Below, piece after piece: positions 48,052 through 57,062 of a stretch of DNA of 64,000 nt (the stretch's first letter is position 1; every line of letters begins with the position of its first letter). Source of the DNA: Rhodothermales bacterium (GTDB lineage: Bacteria > Bacteroidota > Rhodothermia > Rhodothermales > DASSAV01); contig JAWLHQ010000008.1 in assembly GCA_041690215.1 (NCBI GenBank), forward strand, positions 4,170-68,169. The letters are read 5' to 3'. The translations under genes and the position numbers were made by a program. Below the pieces are notes generated by a model. That model was given only the letters and a program-made list of their open reading frames with translations. It was not told the DNA's origin and ran no database searches.

Positions 48052-49258
48052 CGATTCCCTCTCTGAAACTTGCGGGCTTCTACCATGGAAACCGAGCTGC
48101 CAGGGTTGCTTTCCACCTCCGCACTGTCTTCGTGAGGATTGACTAATCCGTTTCGTACGATGTATTACGATGACACATGTGCATCGCTACCGCTCACTGG
48201 CTTACCTGCCTGAGTACAGCGCATTTGTTTAATACCAGCCTGCCACCATTTGACGTTTCCATGCTCTTGCCCACGCGAATGAAAGAAAAGAGATAACCTC
48301 ACCTCTGGCAGCCGCCTGTCTATATTCAATATGTAGCATAGTAAAGGCAATAACACACTTGTAATGAACTCGTCCCCTTGAGTCCGCATCGTACGCGGCA
48401 CTGCCCGCTTCTGCCCTACAAAGCAGAGGTTGAAACAGGGGAACGACTCCACTGCGTACAAGCCATTTCAGGCCCAACTTTGCAATAACGGATCTAAGTC
48501 AGGATAAAGGTCCGAGATGCACTTTGAGACACCCTGATGTCTCCCGGATCGCTGTCCCCCTTCGCATTGCCCGAAGTGTCGCTTGTGAACACCTGTTTGC
48601 GCACTAGGACATAGGTTGGTGGGACTCGCTACCCCCCTGTAATCCGGAACGAACAAGATCATCCGAGGTCCAGCTGACTCAGATTACCTGCTCTCAAGCA
48701 GATCACGGCACGACAGTCTTTGCCCCTGGCTGACTGCGACCCTGGGCAGTCATGCAATCACTCACGCAGTTCGGATAGCCTGGATTGGCTTCGAGATTGC
48801 CTGGTCTCCAAGATTAGGGCACGTCATCAAGGAGGTGACGCCTCATTAGAACTCTCCAGACAACTTATGAGGATAAGTTTATAAAATTCAGATGCCTACA
48901 CAGCCCCTTCTCTCCCCGGCAATGACCTCAGATTTGTACCACCCCGGAAACTTGAATGCTGAAGGAGGCGCTCAGGATGATTCAAAAGTAAATTGATAGT
49001 CTGGATTTTTTCCCAAACTCGTGTTATAACTTGCACAGCATACTACTCATGGGCACAGCCCTGCCCTGGACCAGAACACCACATGAATGCGCCTTAAGCG
49101 ACGATGCAGAACGCCTGATGTACTGAAGTACTATCCTATGCACTGCTTAATCTGTCTGCCAAGGAAAACCAGAGAGTCCTATTGTTGGCCAGGTATGATG
49201 ATGTTTCCTACAACAATATGGATGGACTAACAGCCTACTAACCATTCGAGAGGTACAT

Positions 49259-49636
49259 ATGAATGAGACTCAGCAGAACCCGGAAACGCAGCAGGAGTCG
49301 TCCGTGGCCGGCAAATCTACTGTAACCCGGCGAGCCATTCTGAAAGCAGGGTGGGTAGCACCCGTCGTTCTGGCCGTTCCGCTCATGGGTACAGGAAAAG
49401 CGGGACATATTCCTCCTCATGGAAGCAGCTATACCCCTGGCAGCAAGGACTACGGAAGCAAAGGTTGGGGTAGCAATGGCTGGGGTAGCAAAGATTACGG
49501 AAATGGCAGTAAGGATTACGGGACAGGTAGCAAAGACTACGGAAGAGGCAGCAAGGATTACGGCAGGGGCGGCAAGAATTACGGGAACTGGGGCAAGGGC
49601 AGCAAGTGGTGGACTAGCTGGATAAAGTGGGATTGA
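49259..49636 (+). CDS. Putative RiPP precursor / secreted repeat peptide with twin-arginine leader and GSKDYG repeats
   Basis: GAGG RBS; leader TRRAILKAGWVAPVVLAVPL; core with five GSKDYG and one GGKNYG; followed by RRE and kinase genes. Confidence 0.75.
   Translation: MNETQQNPETQQESSVAGKSTVTRRAILKAGWVAPVVLAVPLMGTGKAGHIPPHGSSYTPGSKDYGSKGWGSNGWGSKDYGNGSKDYGTGSKDYGRGSKDYGRGGKNYGNWGKGSKWWTSWIKWD
49439..49588 (+). repeat. Coding 21-bp tandem repeat (GSKDYGx)
   Basis: Five adjacent 21-nt units at 49484-49588 plus an 18-nt copy at 49439-49456; variation is mostly synonymous. Confidence 0.9.
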
Positions 49637-49678
49637 TTAGGCCTTTAAAACCTGCATTGAGTTCATAATCACAACGTA

Positions 49679-49699
49679 AAGCTGAGTCTTTTTCAGCTT
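49679..49699 (+). terminator. Small hairpin between precursor and RRE gene
   Basis: AAGCTGA-GTCTTTT-TCAGCTT; weak U tract, so may only stabilise mRNA. Confidence 0.3.
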
Positions 49700-49701
49700 G
49701 T

Positions 49702-50010
49702 ATGTTAATGGAGTTTCTGAAGGCGAGACCCTCCCGAGCAGCTGGCGTAGTTAGCATGGACGTGCTTGAGGAGAAGGTCCTTTTCCATCCGGCGAGGCAA
49801 GAGGCCATTTCACTGAATGTCTCTTCTGCGGCAATATGGGATTTGTGTGACGGAACGCGTACCGTGGCTGAGATCGGACACGAACTGTCGGAATGGGCCG
49901 GAGCGCCGGAATCGGATGTACTCGCGGATGTAGAGCGAATCGTGAAGCAATTCTCAGAACTCTCGCTCTTGCATATCGATACCGCGAACCAGATTGGAGA
50001 GGACGCGTGA
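49702..50010 (+). CDS. PqqD family RiPP recognition element (RRE)
   Basis: EKVLFHPARQEAISLNVSSAAIWDLCDGTRTVAEIGHEL...DVERIVKQF...LL PqqD signature. Confidence 0.9.
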   Translation: MLMEFLKARPSRAAGVVSMDVLEEKVLFHPARQEAISLNVSSAAIWDLCDGTRTVAEIGHELSEWAGAPESDVLADVERIVKQFSELSLLHIDTANQIGEDA

Positions 50011-50867
50011 GATCAGTATCGAAGGTCGCGCGCGGTCGTGTTTGTCTGCGCTTCCTGGACTACGATGTAACAGTAGTCTCGTCCATCGAAAGTGTTCTTC
50101 AGCGCGTAGCATTCGGTTTTCGTCGGATGCTACGCGCTGATATACCAGACTCGTCTTTTGAGCTCGAGATAAGAGAAGAACACGGTCGGTATGAATTGCT
50201 GAGAAACGGAGAGCTACTTGCATCCTACTCTGATCTCTTCGAGGCCAAAACCGTCCTACGCCACGAGATCAACCGCGCATTCATTTACGCATACCCGGAA
50301 TTCTTGTGGATGCACGCCGGAGCAGTTGCCGGCAAGGACCGCGCAGCGCTCTTCGTCGGAATCTCTGGCCGGGGCAAGAGTACACTCATCACGACCCTAT
50401 GCCAGCAGGGCTTTCGCTATCTCTCCGACGACATTATTCCGCTTGATCCCGCGACAGGCAAGGCGATCCCCTACCCTATGACACCGATCGTCCGGGAGAA
50501 TATCGGGCAGGAGTTGCCTCCAGAACGTGTCGAGGAGATACCCAGGACTTTGGTTGAGTTGCCGGAGAGCACCTATTGCCGAGAACCGGTCAGTGTCGGG
50601 TCAGTGATCCTTCCCGCCTACTCGACAAAATGCCAGGCACGAATACTTCCGTTCTCACCCGGCACAACTACGCTGGACCTCGTCAAGCAATGCATCAATG
50701 CACGCGTGCATGGAGCCTCAGCCGTTACATTCATGGCCGAGTTAACCGCTTCAGTGCCCGTACTGCCCATCGAATACTCGGATGCCCAAAGCGCTGCTAA
50801 TCTGGTAAGCCGTGTGCTCAACGAATCGAGTCCTGCTACATACTCGAGCATCGGACCGGCTGCGTAA
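50007..50867 (+). CDS. HPr-kinase-related P-loop kinase
   Basis: GTG start overlapping the RRE stop; WMHAGAV...LFVGISGRGKSTL...FRYLSDD motif. Confidence 0.85.
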   Translation: MRSVSKVARGRVCLRFLDYDVTVVSSIESVLQRVAFGFRRMLRADIPDSSFELEIREEHGRYELLRNGELLASYSDLFEAKTVLRHEINRAFIYAYPEFLWMHAGAVAGKDRAALFVGISGRGKSTLITTLCQQGFRYLSDDIIPLDPATGKAIPYPMTPIVRENIGQELPPERVEEIPRTLVELPESTYCREPVSVGSVILPAYSTKCQARILPFSPGTTTLDLVKQCINARVHGASAVTFMAELTASVPVLPIEYSDAQSAANLVSRVLNESSPATYSSIGPAA

Positions 50868-50884
50868 CGGAAGCAATCCACCCC

Positions 50885-51361
50885 TCACTCACGGCCCAGA
50901 TCCCTGATAATCGTAATCCCGTCAGGAACATAGGTTGAAGGTCCACTGACCTGAGACACGAAAATGCGTGCTGGCCGGCTGAATCTGGTTGAGACCAGCA
51001 CCAGCACGATTTCCTCGTCAGCACGAAGACCATCTATCGCCTCTGTCATACTATCATCGCCCCATACGGCCAGGGCGAAGTTTTCGCCTGCAAAGGGGTC
51101 ACTCTTCCCTGCGCAAATACCATCCGGAGAGAAGGTGTACAGGACATCACCGGCGCGAAAAACCTCTAATGCATCATCGACCACGAACAGGGAATGATTG
51201 CTCTCTCCTCCGGATGTGCACGCTCCCACATTCCAGTCCTCCTTAAACTCAGTTCGAGGCATGGGCCCATCATCTCCTACTGAGCTCTCGGAAGATTCTA
51301 CATGATCACATCCGGTCAGGATGAGCAAGAACAATGACAGCAGGAGGAAGCGGTCGTACAC
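50885..51361 (-). CDS. Lipoprotein, paralogue of 36432..36947
   Basis: LTGC lipobox; GDVLYTFSPDGICAGKS...FALAVWGDDSMT...DG module. Confidence 0.7.
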   Translation of the reverse strand: MYDRFLLLSLFLLILTGCDHVESSESSVGDDGPMPRTEFKEDWNVGACTSGGESNHSLFVVDDALEVFRAGDVLYTFSPDGICAGKSDPFAGENFALAVWGDDSMTEAIDGLRADEEIVLVLVSTRFSRPARIFVSQVSGPSTYVPDGITIIRDLGRE

Positions 51362-51553
51362 GGGTGATTGGTAGCTTCTGTCGATACGACACAGCCGCTA
51401 GTAGGGGTGGCTCTAGGGTGCGCCAATATAAGACCGGATCCAATATCAACAAGAACGCCTCCTTGATATGCGCTTGTGCCCCGTCTTTCCACCAGCAAGA
51501 GCTCAAGGCTCGATACGACTGACAAGCATGCGCACATGCTGCGCATATGGGCG

Positions 51554-51769
51554 TTAGTTGCTCACCGGCAAGATACGCATTGCACGAAATGCTAACTCTG
51601 CCTCTATGGTATGCAGAGCCTCTTCGATCTGCATACGTAGCCCACTTGTCACGTAGGACGAGTATGCCCGAATAGCCTCTAGGATGTCGATATAGTCGTT
51701 TTTGGTCTGTATGAGTGCAGATTCGGTGACATAGCCGATCTCGAAGGGAACGAAGGGATTAGGACGCAT
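51554..51769 (-). CDS. Small helical protein, paralogue of 39545..39754
   Basis: 71 aa from ATG 51769 (MRPNPFVPFEIGY...); ungapped alignment with the 39545..39754 product. Confidence 0.5.
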   Translation of the reverse strand: MRPNPFVPFEIGYVTESALIQTKNDYIDILEAIRAYSSYVTSGLRMQIEEALHTIEAELAFRAMRILPVSN

Positions 51770-51971
51770 GGCCGGTCGCTCAGAAACACGACTAACAGGT
51801 GGGGTACTTACCTGCACATCAGCTTTGCAAGGAACGGGCCAAGTGATTGTAATACAATAAACTTGCGCAATCGCACATGTCACGTTGACGTGCGTTGCCT
51901 CTACCCATGAGTAGCGACTCTCACCAAACGATTGGTGCATTAGCTGGTGACCAACCTGAAGCCCCAGTCCA

Positions 51972-52208
51972 TTAATGTGCCTCGGGATTGCGGATCTCAG
52001 ACCGAGTCAAGCGTGCCGAGTATCGCGTGAGTTGCGCTGGCGTCCCTTGTGCAACCTCCTTGTCGATACGACGCGTTTTCGTTTCATTCGATGTGGCTCT
52101 GGCACTCCGGGCAGCAGTCTGGTGGCGTACGTAGTTCAGCCAGATTGCGAGAATTGAAAACGCGACGAGGAGAACGACAAAAGCGATTCCGAGAGCGTCC
52201 AGCAGCAT
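51972..52208 (-). CDS. Small single-TM protein
   Basis: 78 aa; N-terminal TM helix followed by a basic tail. Confidence 0.4.
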   Translation of the reverse strand: MLLDALGIAFVVLLVAFSILAIWLNYVRHQTAARSARATSNETKTRRIDKEVAQGTPAQLTRYSARLTRSEIRNPEAH

Positions 52209-52578
52209 GGCGGTTCCGATCTCGTGAGGTGCGGCTTCTTCCTACCTGCTGGCCGGATACGCCATTCCGGACAAGGCAGTCAACACCACAAAGTACGCAC
52301 TGCGTATCTAGATACTAGCAGATCCGCTGTAACAGGGTTGTTATGCAGCTAGATGGACCATGTGTTTTGAAGCTTGACACAGCGTTGCCAGGTCGTATCC
52401 GTTATCGCCTGCATACTCGGCCACCGCAAACTCCAGAGTCACGTCAGATCGCGTGGCAATAAGGATGTGCGCTCAGTGCTGCACCGGTTGATGCTAGCTT
52501 ACTCTGGAGGACGAAGCGATACGGCAGTCAGAATGGTCTCACGGCTCAATACGCGCTGCGAAGCTACCGACCGGAGAC

Positions 52579-54432
52579 TCAGAATACTTCCTCGTGCATC
52601 TGCTGCCTCCAAGACGTTGCATAACGACCGTTCTGCCGCAAAAGCTCTTCGTGGGTACCCGACTCAACCACCCTCCCTTCGTCCATGACGTGAATGATGT
52701 CGGCGCGCATAGCGGTTGTGAGGCGGTGCGTAACGATGATTGCCGTCCGCCCGTGCACCAGGCTGTGGAACCGCTCCAGCCATTGGTGCTCGGCCCAGGA
52801 ATCCATTGCGCTCGTCGGCTCATCGAGAATCACAATGGGAGCCTGTCTGAAGAAAGCTCGTGCTAGTGCGACGCGCTGCCACTCTCCACCGCTGAGCTCC
52901 GTTCCGTCCCAGAACCACTTACCCAACTGAGCGTCGTACCCGTACTTCAGTCGCTCGATCACACCGTGGGCGCCAGCCTTCTTCGCTGCCCTCCTGACCA
53001 GTTCTCTTGAAGATGGCGACTGCAGGTTTCCTATCTCTATGTTACGAGCAGCCGTCTCGTGATAGTGGACCGGATCTTGAAACAGGACTGTAATCATGCG
53101 TCGCAACTCATCGACAGGAAAGCGGCGCATGTCCATATCGTCCAGCTCGACTCGTCCTTCCTCTGGATCATAGAATCGGCACAACAGCTTGATCAGCGTG
53201 CTTTTTCCGGCACCATTGGATCCAACGATAGCAACCGTCTGACCGGCAGGAATCGTCAGGTTGAACCGTTGAAGGGCGGCCCGATCCGCGCCCGGATAAC
53301 GGAATGTCACATCCCTGAATCGTATACCCTTCTTGAGCACAGCAGGGACAGGCACAGGCTGAGGTGGATCTTCGATTTTCGAGGGCAGCTCAAGAAACTC
53401 GAAGAGATTACCAAGAAACAGGCTATTGCTGTAGATACGCCCGAGATTGTTCATGAGCGTCCGCATCAAACCCTGCCCCTGGTTGAAAGCCTGGTAAAAG
53501 AGCGCCACGTCACCCAGCGTAGCAGTTCCTTGCATGATTCTGCCGACCATCCACCCCAGAATACTGATCGTCACGGCCAGCGCGAAGATGCTCGCACCCA
53601 GGCTAACGAAGCTCTGATCCCTCACGAGCTTCAAATGCTCGCCCCGGAGTCGTTTGCGAAGCGCCTGATATGCTTCGCTGTACAGCGGTCCAAGCTGGAA
53701 CAGCCGCATTTCCGCCGCCACCGAACTGGCAGAAATGATCCAATCAAAGTAGTCGGCTCTACGCTGGTCGAGCGTCGTCTGCTCCCACCACGTATGGTAG
53801 CAATTATGAAAGTAAAGGACCACGAACACGGCCGGGCCGAGGCTCAGCATCAGAACAAGCGGAACCCAGACCCCATACCGGATCAGCACCCCTGCAATAG
53901 CGAGCAACGTGACCATGTTCTGAACGACCCCGCCGACATTCTCGACAAGTTCCAAAGGACGGGTATCAGCGCTCTCACGGGCCCGGTGCAGACGGTCGTA
54001 ATTTTCCGAGGCCTCGAAGAACGCCAGATCTACCATGTAAGACTTCTTGTGGACGAGGGCACTGACGTGGTCCCGCACCAGCGCAGCCTGCGCCGTACGG
54101 ACCCACGTACTCGCATTCTGCAGCAACTCCTTCAGGAGCAATACGCCTACCATAAGTAGCGCCGGAACCAGGATGATGCGGAGCGTCTCTGGGCTCATGC
54201 CAACACCGATGATCGACGTCAGACTATCCACCAGCATCTTTGTCAGATACACCGTTGCCGCGGGAAGCAAGCCCTCTAAGACGAGCAGACTAGCCCATAG
54301 AAGCGTCAGGGCTCCCGACGCAGCAAACACCAAGCGAAGCGCTCCTGCCAGATGGCTCAAGCGTTGCCAGACAGAGCCTCCATTGAGACGGTCACGAACC
54401 AGTGTAATCACGACTGACACTCCGCAAAACAC
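52579..54432 (-). CDS. ABC transporter permease/ATP-binding protein (peptide exporter type)
   Basis: TM domain plus GSNGAGKST, LSGGEWQRVALAR, LDEPTSAMD. Confidence 0.93.
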   Translation of the reverse strand: MFCGVSVVITLVRDRLNGGSVWQRLSHLAGALRLVFAASGALTLLWASLLVLEGLLPAATVYLTKMLVDSLTSIIGVGMSPETLRIILVPALLMVGVLLLKELLQNASTWVRTAQAALVRDHVSALVHKKSYMVDLAFFEASENYDRLHRARESADTRPLELVENVGGVVQNMVTLLAIAGVLIRYGVWVPLVLMLSLGPAVFVVLYFHNCYHTWWEQTTLDQRRADYFDWIISASSVAAEMRLFQLGPLYSEAYQALRKRLRGEHLKLVRDQSFVSLGASIFALAVTISILGWMVGRIMQGTATLGDVALFYQAFNQGQGLMRTLMNNLGRIYSNSLFLGNLFEFLELPSKIEDPPQPVPVPAVLKKGIRFRDVTFRYPGADRAALQRFNLTIPAGQTVAIVGSNGAGKSTLIKLLCRFYDPEEGRVELDDMDMRRFPVDELRRMITVLFQDPVHYHETAARNIEIGNLQSPSSRELVRRAAKKAGAHGVIERLKYGYDAQLGKWFWDGTELSGGEWQRVALARAFFRQAPIVILDEPTSAMDSWAEHQWLERFHSLVHGRTAIIVTHRLTTAMRADIIHVMDEGRVVESGTHEELLRQNGRYATSWRQQMHEEVF

Positions 54433-54462
54433 TTGTGCAGTAAGGCGCGTGGGCCAGGCTGC

Positions 54463-55464
54463 TTACAGGGCCTCCACATCCTTGATGATTTCTGCAGCCA
54501 CGTCAGGAAGGCGGTCCAGTCCATTCGAATAATGAACTCGGCGCACCGAGACTTGTCGCACGAGTTTGGCGAAGAAAGCCAACCGGGTGGACTGCAAACC
54601 GAAAGCCTCCACGAAATACGGAACAAAGGAATGTCGTATCAATTCCTTCATTGCTTCGAGAGGCGACAGGACCTCGATACAAACAAAATCCTCCAACCGG
54701 TCTCTCCGTTCAGGAATGTAGATGCAGGCTAGTGGCTGCGGCGAGGAGCAGAAAGCACCGAAACTGCTCTCCGCGACAGGAACCCAGAGCTTTTCCAGAT
54801 ACGGAAGAACACGGCTCAGGGAATCGACAGGGCCGAGGAAGTGAGCAGCCTGTCCGGGCCACATCCGTAGCCTGGGATAGCCTGGCATGGCCATCACCTC
54901 CCCCCGCGACATGGTAAGCGGTAAGACATCGTCTGTAAGCAAAGGATGCCCTTTGCGCATTAGCGACGTTGCGAGTGAAGTCTTACCGCCCATGTTTGAA
55001 GCAAGGAATCCAATTGCACGACCGGAAATGCTCACCGCGGCAGCATGCAGCGTCGGAGTGCCACGTCGTTCCAGCCAGAAGGACAGCACTGCTCCCAGAA
55101 GGTATTGCTCTACACCTTCCCTACACGCTGCATCGAAAATCTGACACGCGATTCGATCCTGCCACACGTGAAAGTCTGCAATTCCCGTGAGCCGAATGAG
55201 ATCATAATTCGGCCCCCGATATAAATACGCCAGACTCTGCCCTGAATAATTCAGATCGCGGCTGGCGAAGACAAGAGTGAGTTCTTTTGCCAGGTCTCGA
55301 GGATGTGCATCCACAAATGCCGTGACAACCACATCCGGGGCACCCGCGTCGATAGGCTCGAGACATGTGAACTCAAACTCGCTGGCGATGACTAAACCGT
55401 ACAGGGAATACACAACTCTTGCGCTCTTCGGAACAGGGAAGGTATCTGCCTGGCTATGCACCAT
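54463..55464 (-). CDS. HPr-kinase-like lasso peptide kinase (PadeK-like)
   Basis: LHAAAVSISGRAIGFLASNMGGKTSLA...LLTDD...PGYPRLRMW; inside the lasso cluster. Confidence 0.8.
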   Translation of the reverse strand: MVHSQADTFPVPKSARVVYSLYGLVIASEFEFTCLEPIDAGAPDVVVTAFVDAHPRDLAKELTLVFASRDLNYSGQSLAYLYRGPNYDLIRLTGIADFHVWQDRIACQIFDAACREGVEQYLLGAVLSFWLERRGTPTLHAAAVSISGRAIGFLASNMGGKTSLATSLMRKGHPLLTDDVLPLTMSRGEVMAMPGYPRLRMWPGQAAHFLGPVDSLSRVLPYLEKLWVPVAESSFGAFCSSPQPLACIYIPERRDRLEDFVCIEVLSPLEAMKELIRHSFVPYFVEAFGLQSTRLAFFAKLVRQVSVRRVHYSNGLDRLPDVAAEIIKDVEAL

Positions 55465-56641
55465 ATCCTTTTACGAGGAGTCTCTGAGCGAGAAGCTCGT
55501 TTACGAATGCCCGGACATCGTCCTTCAACTGCGATGCATCCACGTCGTATGCCTTGTAGAGGGATGACTCCGCACCGGCAATCGAGCCACTTTCAGCAAC
55601 GGCTTCCCAGATATCGGCAGCAGTCCCCTCCAGCGTGTAACAGGTCTCGGTCTGCAGGTCTCCAATAACGACCTGCCCTTTGAGCCGCCCAAATATTACG
55701 TGCGGAGCCACCTGTAGCGGACCTTTCCCCTCCCGCTGCACCTGCACGACTGGTCGGTTATCCTTGTTCTCAATACGGTTCTTCAGGCACAGCGCTGGAG
55801 CAGCCAGGCGCCAGCCAAGCTCCACTTTCTCCGTAACAGGGTTGATCACCGCGATGTCAGGCTCGCTCCAGGGAAAGCAGAGATGATCCGGCTGACCACT
55901 CCAGTAAAAATCACGCCCCGATACTCCTGCCCACCGCGCCTTCCAGGCAGAATAGTCTTCCTGATGTAGTGCTGGCGCGTGATCGCAAAGATCCCGGGCA
56001 CTCACACAGGCCAGCACGCGCGGCTCGCTGGACTCGATTGCCTTGCGTAGATCCGGGTGTGAGTACAGATGTGCGAAGATGACCTCAGCACCCTCATTCT
56101 GCCGTAGATAATGGTAGAAACGTGTTCCGGAAAGTGCACAATCGTCGATCACCACGCGAGGAACACTTTCTATAGAAGTCATTGACAACTGATCCGGCCT
56201 CAGGCCAAGCGCATAAGCCACCATTCCCAGCACAATAAGTCCTCCACGGGGGATAGCGCAGAACTGGTAGTCATGCAAAGTTGCTTCGCCAAATCGCTCC
56301 ACCAGCCGCTCGGCGAGAAGCTCCGCATCCCGTTCCGCCTGCTCATAACCGACATAACGCAGGTGGGGCAACACGTACTTCAGTTCAGTAGCAAGCGCCT
56401 CGATACGTCCCTCAGCCTCGTTGTCAAAAAAGCCAATAATGCCCAGTTCTGGGGGCAATCCTGGTCGGACGACGAGCACGGAGTCCGGCAATGCGTTCCA
56501 GGCCGGGCTCGAAGCCAGCCCCTCAGCCAGACTCATTAGTACGCGTTCCCTATCCTCCGGCGTGCCTTCAGGATACGGGATCTCCTCCGGCAATGGTAAC
56601 ACATATACCCGAGGTCGAAGCCGCATCCTCATGTCATTCAT
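55454..56641 (-). CDS. Phosphoribosyltransferase-like domain fused to C-terminal PqqD/RRE
   Basis: AIPRGGL and VVIDDCALSGTRF (type I PRTase PRPP loop); C-terminal VVIGDLQTETCYTLEGTAADIWEAV...DDVRAFVNELLAQRLL RRE. ATG 56641 preferred because a terminator hairpin lies upstream (ORF open from GTG 56755). Confidence 0.8.
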   Translation of the reverse strand: MNDMRMRLRPRVYVLPLPEEIPYPEGTPEDRERVLMSLAEGLASSPAWNALPDSVLVVRPGLPPELGIIGFFDNEAEGRIEALATELKYVLPHLRYVGYEQAERDAELLAERLVERFGEATLHDYQFCAIPRGGLIVLGMVAYALGLRPDQLSMTSIESVPRVVIDDCALSGTRFYHYLRQNEGAEVIFAHLYSHPDLRKAIESSEPRVLACVSARDLCDHAPALHQEDYSAWKARWAGVSGRDFYWSGQPDHLCFPWSEPDIAVINPVTEKVELGWRLAAPALCLKNRIENKDNRPVVQVQREGKGPLQVAPHVIFGRLKGQVVIGDLQTETCYTLEGTAADIWEAVAESGSIAGAESSLYKAYDVDASQLKDDVRAFVNELLAQRLLVKGYGA

Positions 56642-56646
56642 CTCGT

Positions 56647-56698
56647 GAAACAAAACCGAGGGATGGCCAGGACCATACAACTGCCTTGGCCACCCCTC
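56647..56698 (-). terminator. Intrinsic terminator/attenuator downstream of the lasso precursor
   Basis: 12-bp arms GAGGGATGGCCA (56658-69) / TGGCCACCCCTC (56687-98), one mismatch that is G-U on the minus transcript, followed on the minus strand by GGTTTTGTTTC. Confidence 0.6.
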
Positions 56699-56759
56699 AG
56701 TACGAAGGCCTCCATGCCCTACAGATTGCGTGGTACAGCCTACCTCGTCATCCACCTGG

Positions 56760-56906
56760 TCAGGACTTCTTCTTGTCGTGGCCAGGCGGGTTGACGCTGC
56801 CCAACTTAAGGTCCGTGCCAGGTCTCGTGAGGCCTACTCCAGTGATGTCACTGACGCTGCCCCACTGCTGCAGCATGGGTCGTGCGTAGAGCTTTTTCTC
56901 CGTCAT
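56760..56906 (-). CDS. Lasso peptide precursor (48 aa)
   Basis: Hand translation MTEKKLYARPMLQQWGSVSDITG-VGLTRPGTDLKLGSVNPPGHDKKKS*; exact YxxPxLxxxGxxxxxT leader; Asp at core position 9; AGGAG RBS; next to the cyclase. Confidence 0.9.
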   Translation of the reverse strand: MTEKKLYARPMLQQWGSVSDITGVGLTRPGTDLKLGSVNPPGHDKKKS

Positions 56907-56940
56907 GACCGATCTCCTAGGTGGGTGGTGAGAGATGAAA

Positions 56941-56961
56941 GTGTATCACATGTCAATACAC
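56941..56961. promoter_or_regulatory. Palindromic operator candidate upstream of the lasso precursor
   Basis: GTGTAT-CACATGTCA-ATACAC; also contains TTGACA on the minus strand (56951-56956). Confidence 0.4.
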
Positions 56962-57062
56962 CATGATAAAATTAGCATCCTGAGTCGCATTCGGGCGACT
57001 AACAAACCCTTCGACCGCCCCCAATTCTGGCTTCTCTTCAATGCGTCTTTTGCTCTGTTACC

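Noticed and set aside
48052-49258. 1.2-kb intergenic region with short ORFs and a TGACTGC/GCAGTCA inverted repeat
   Set aside because: No ORF with RBS or motif support and only one 7-bp stem; likely divergent promoter region, but no element can be supported.
49439-49588. CRISPR-like or non-coding repeat; graspetide core
   Set aside because: Repeats are adjacent, in frame and vary at synonymous sites, with no spacers or cas genes. Lys/Asp/Ser content suggested a graspetide, but no ATP-grasp ligase is in the window.
51528-51546. ATGCGCA-N5-TGCGCAT palindrome
   Set aside because: Isolated 7-bp stem between convergent-flanking small genes with no U tract; may be chance.
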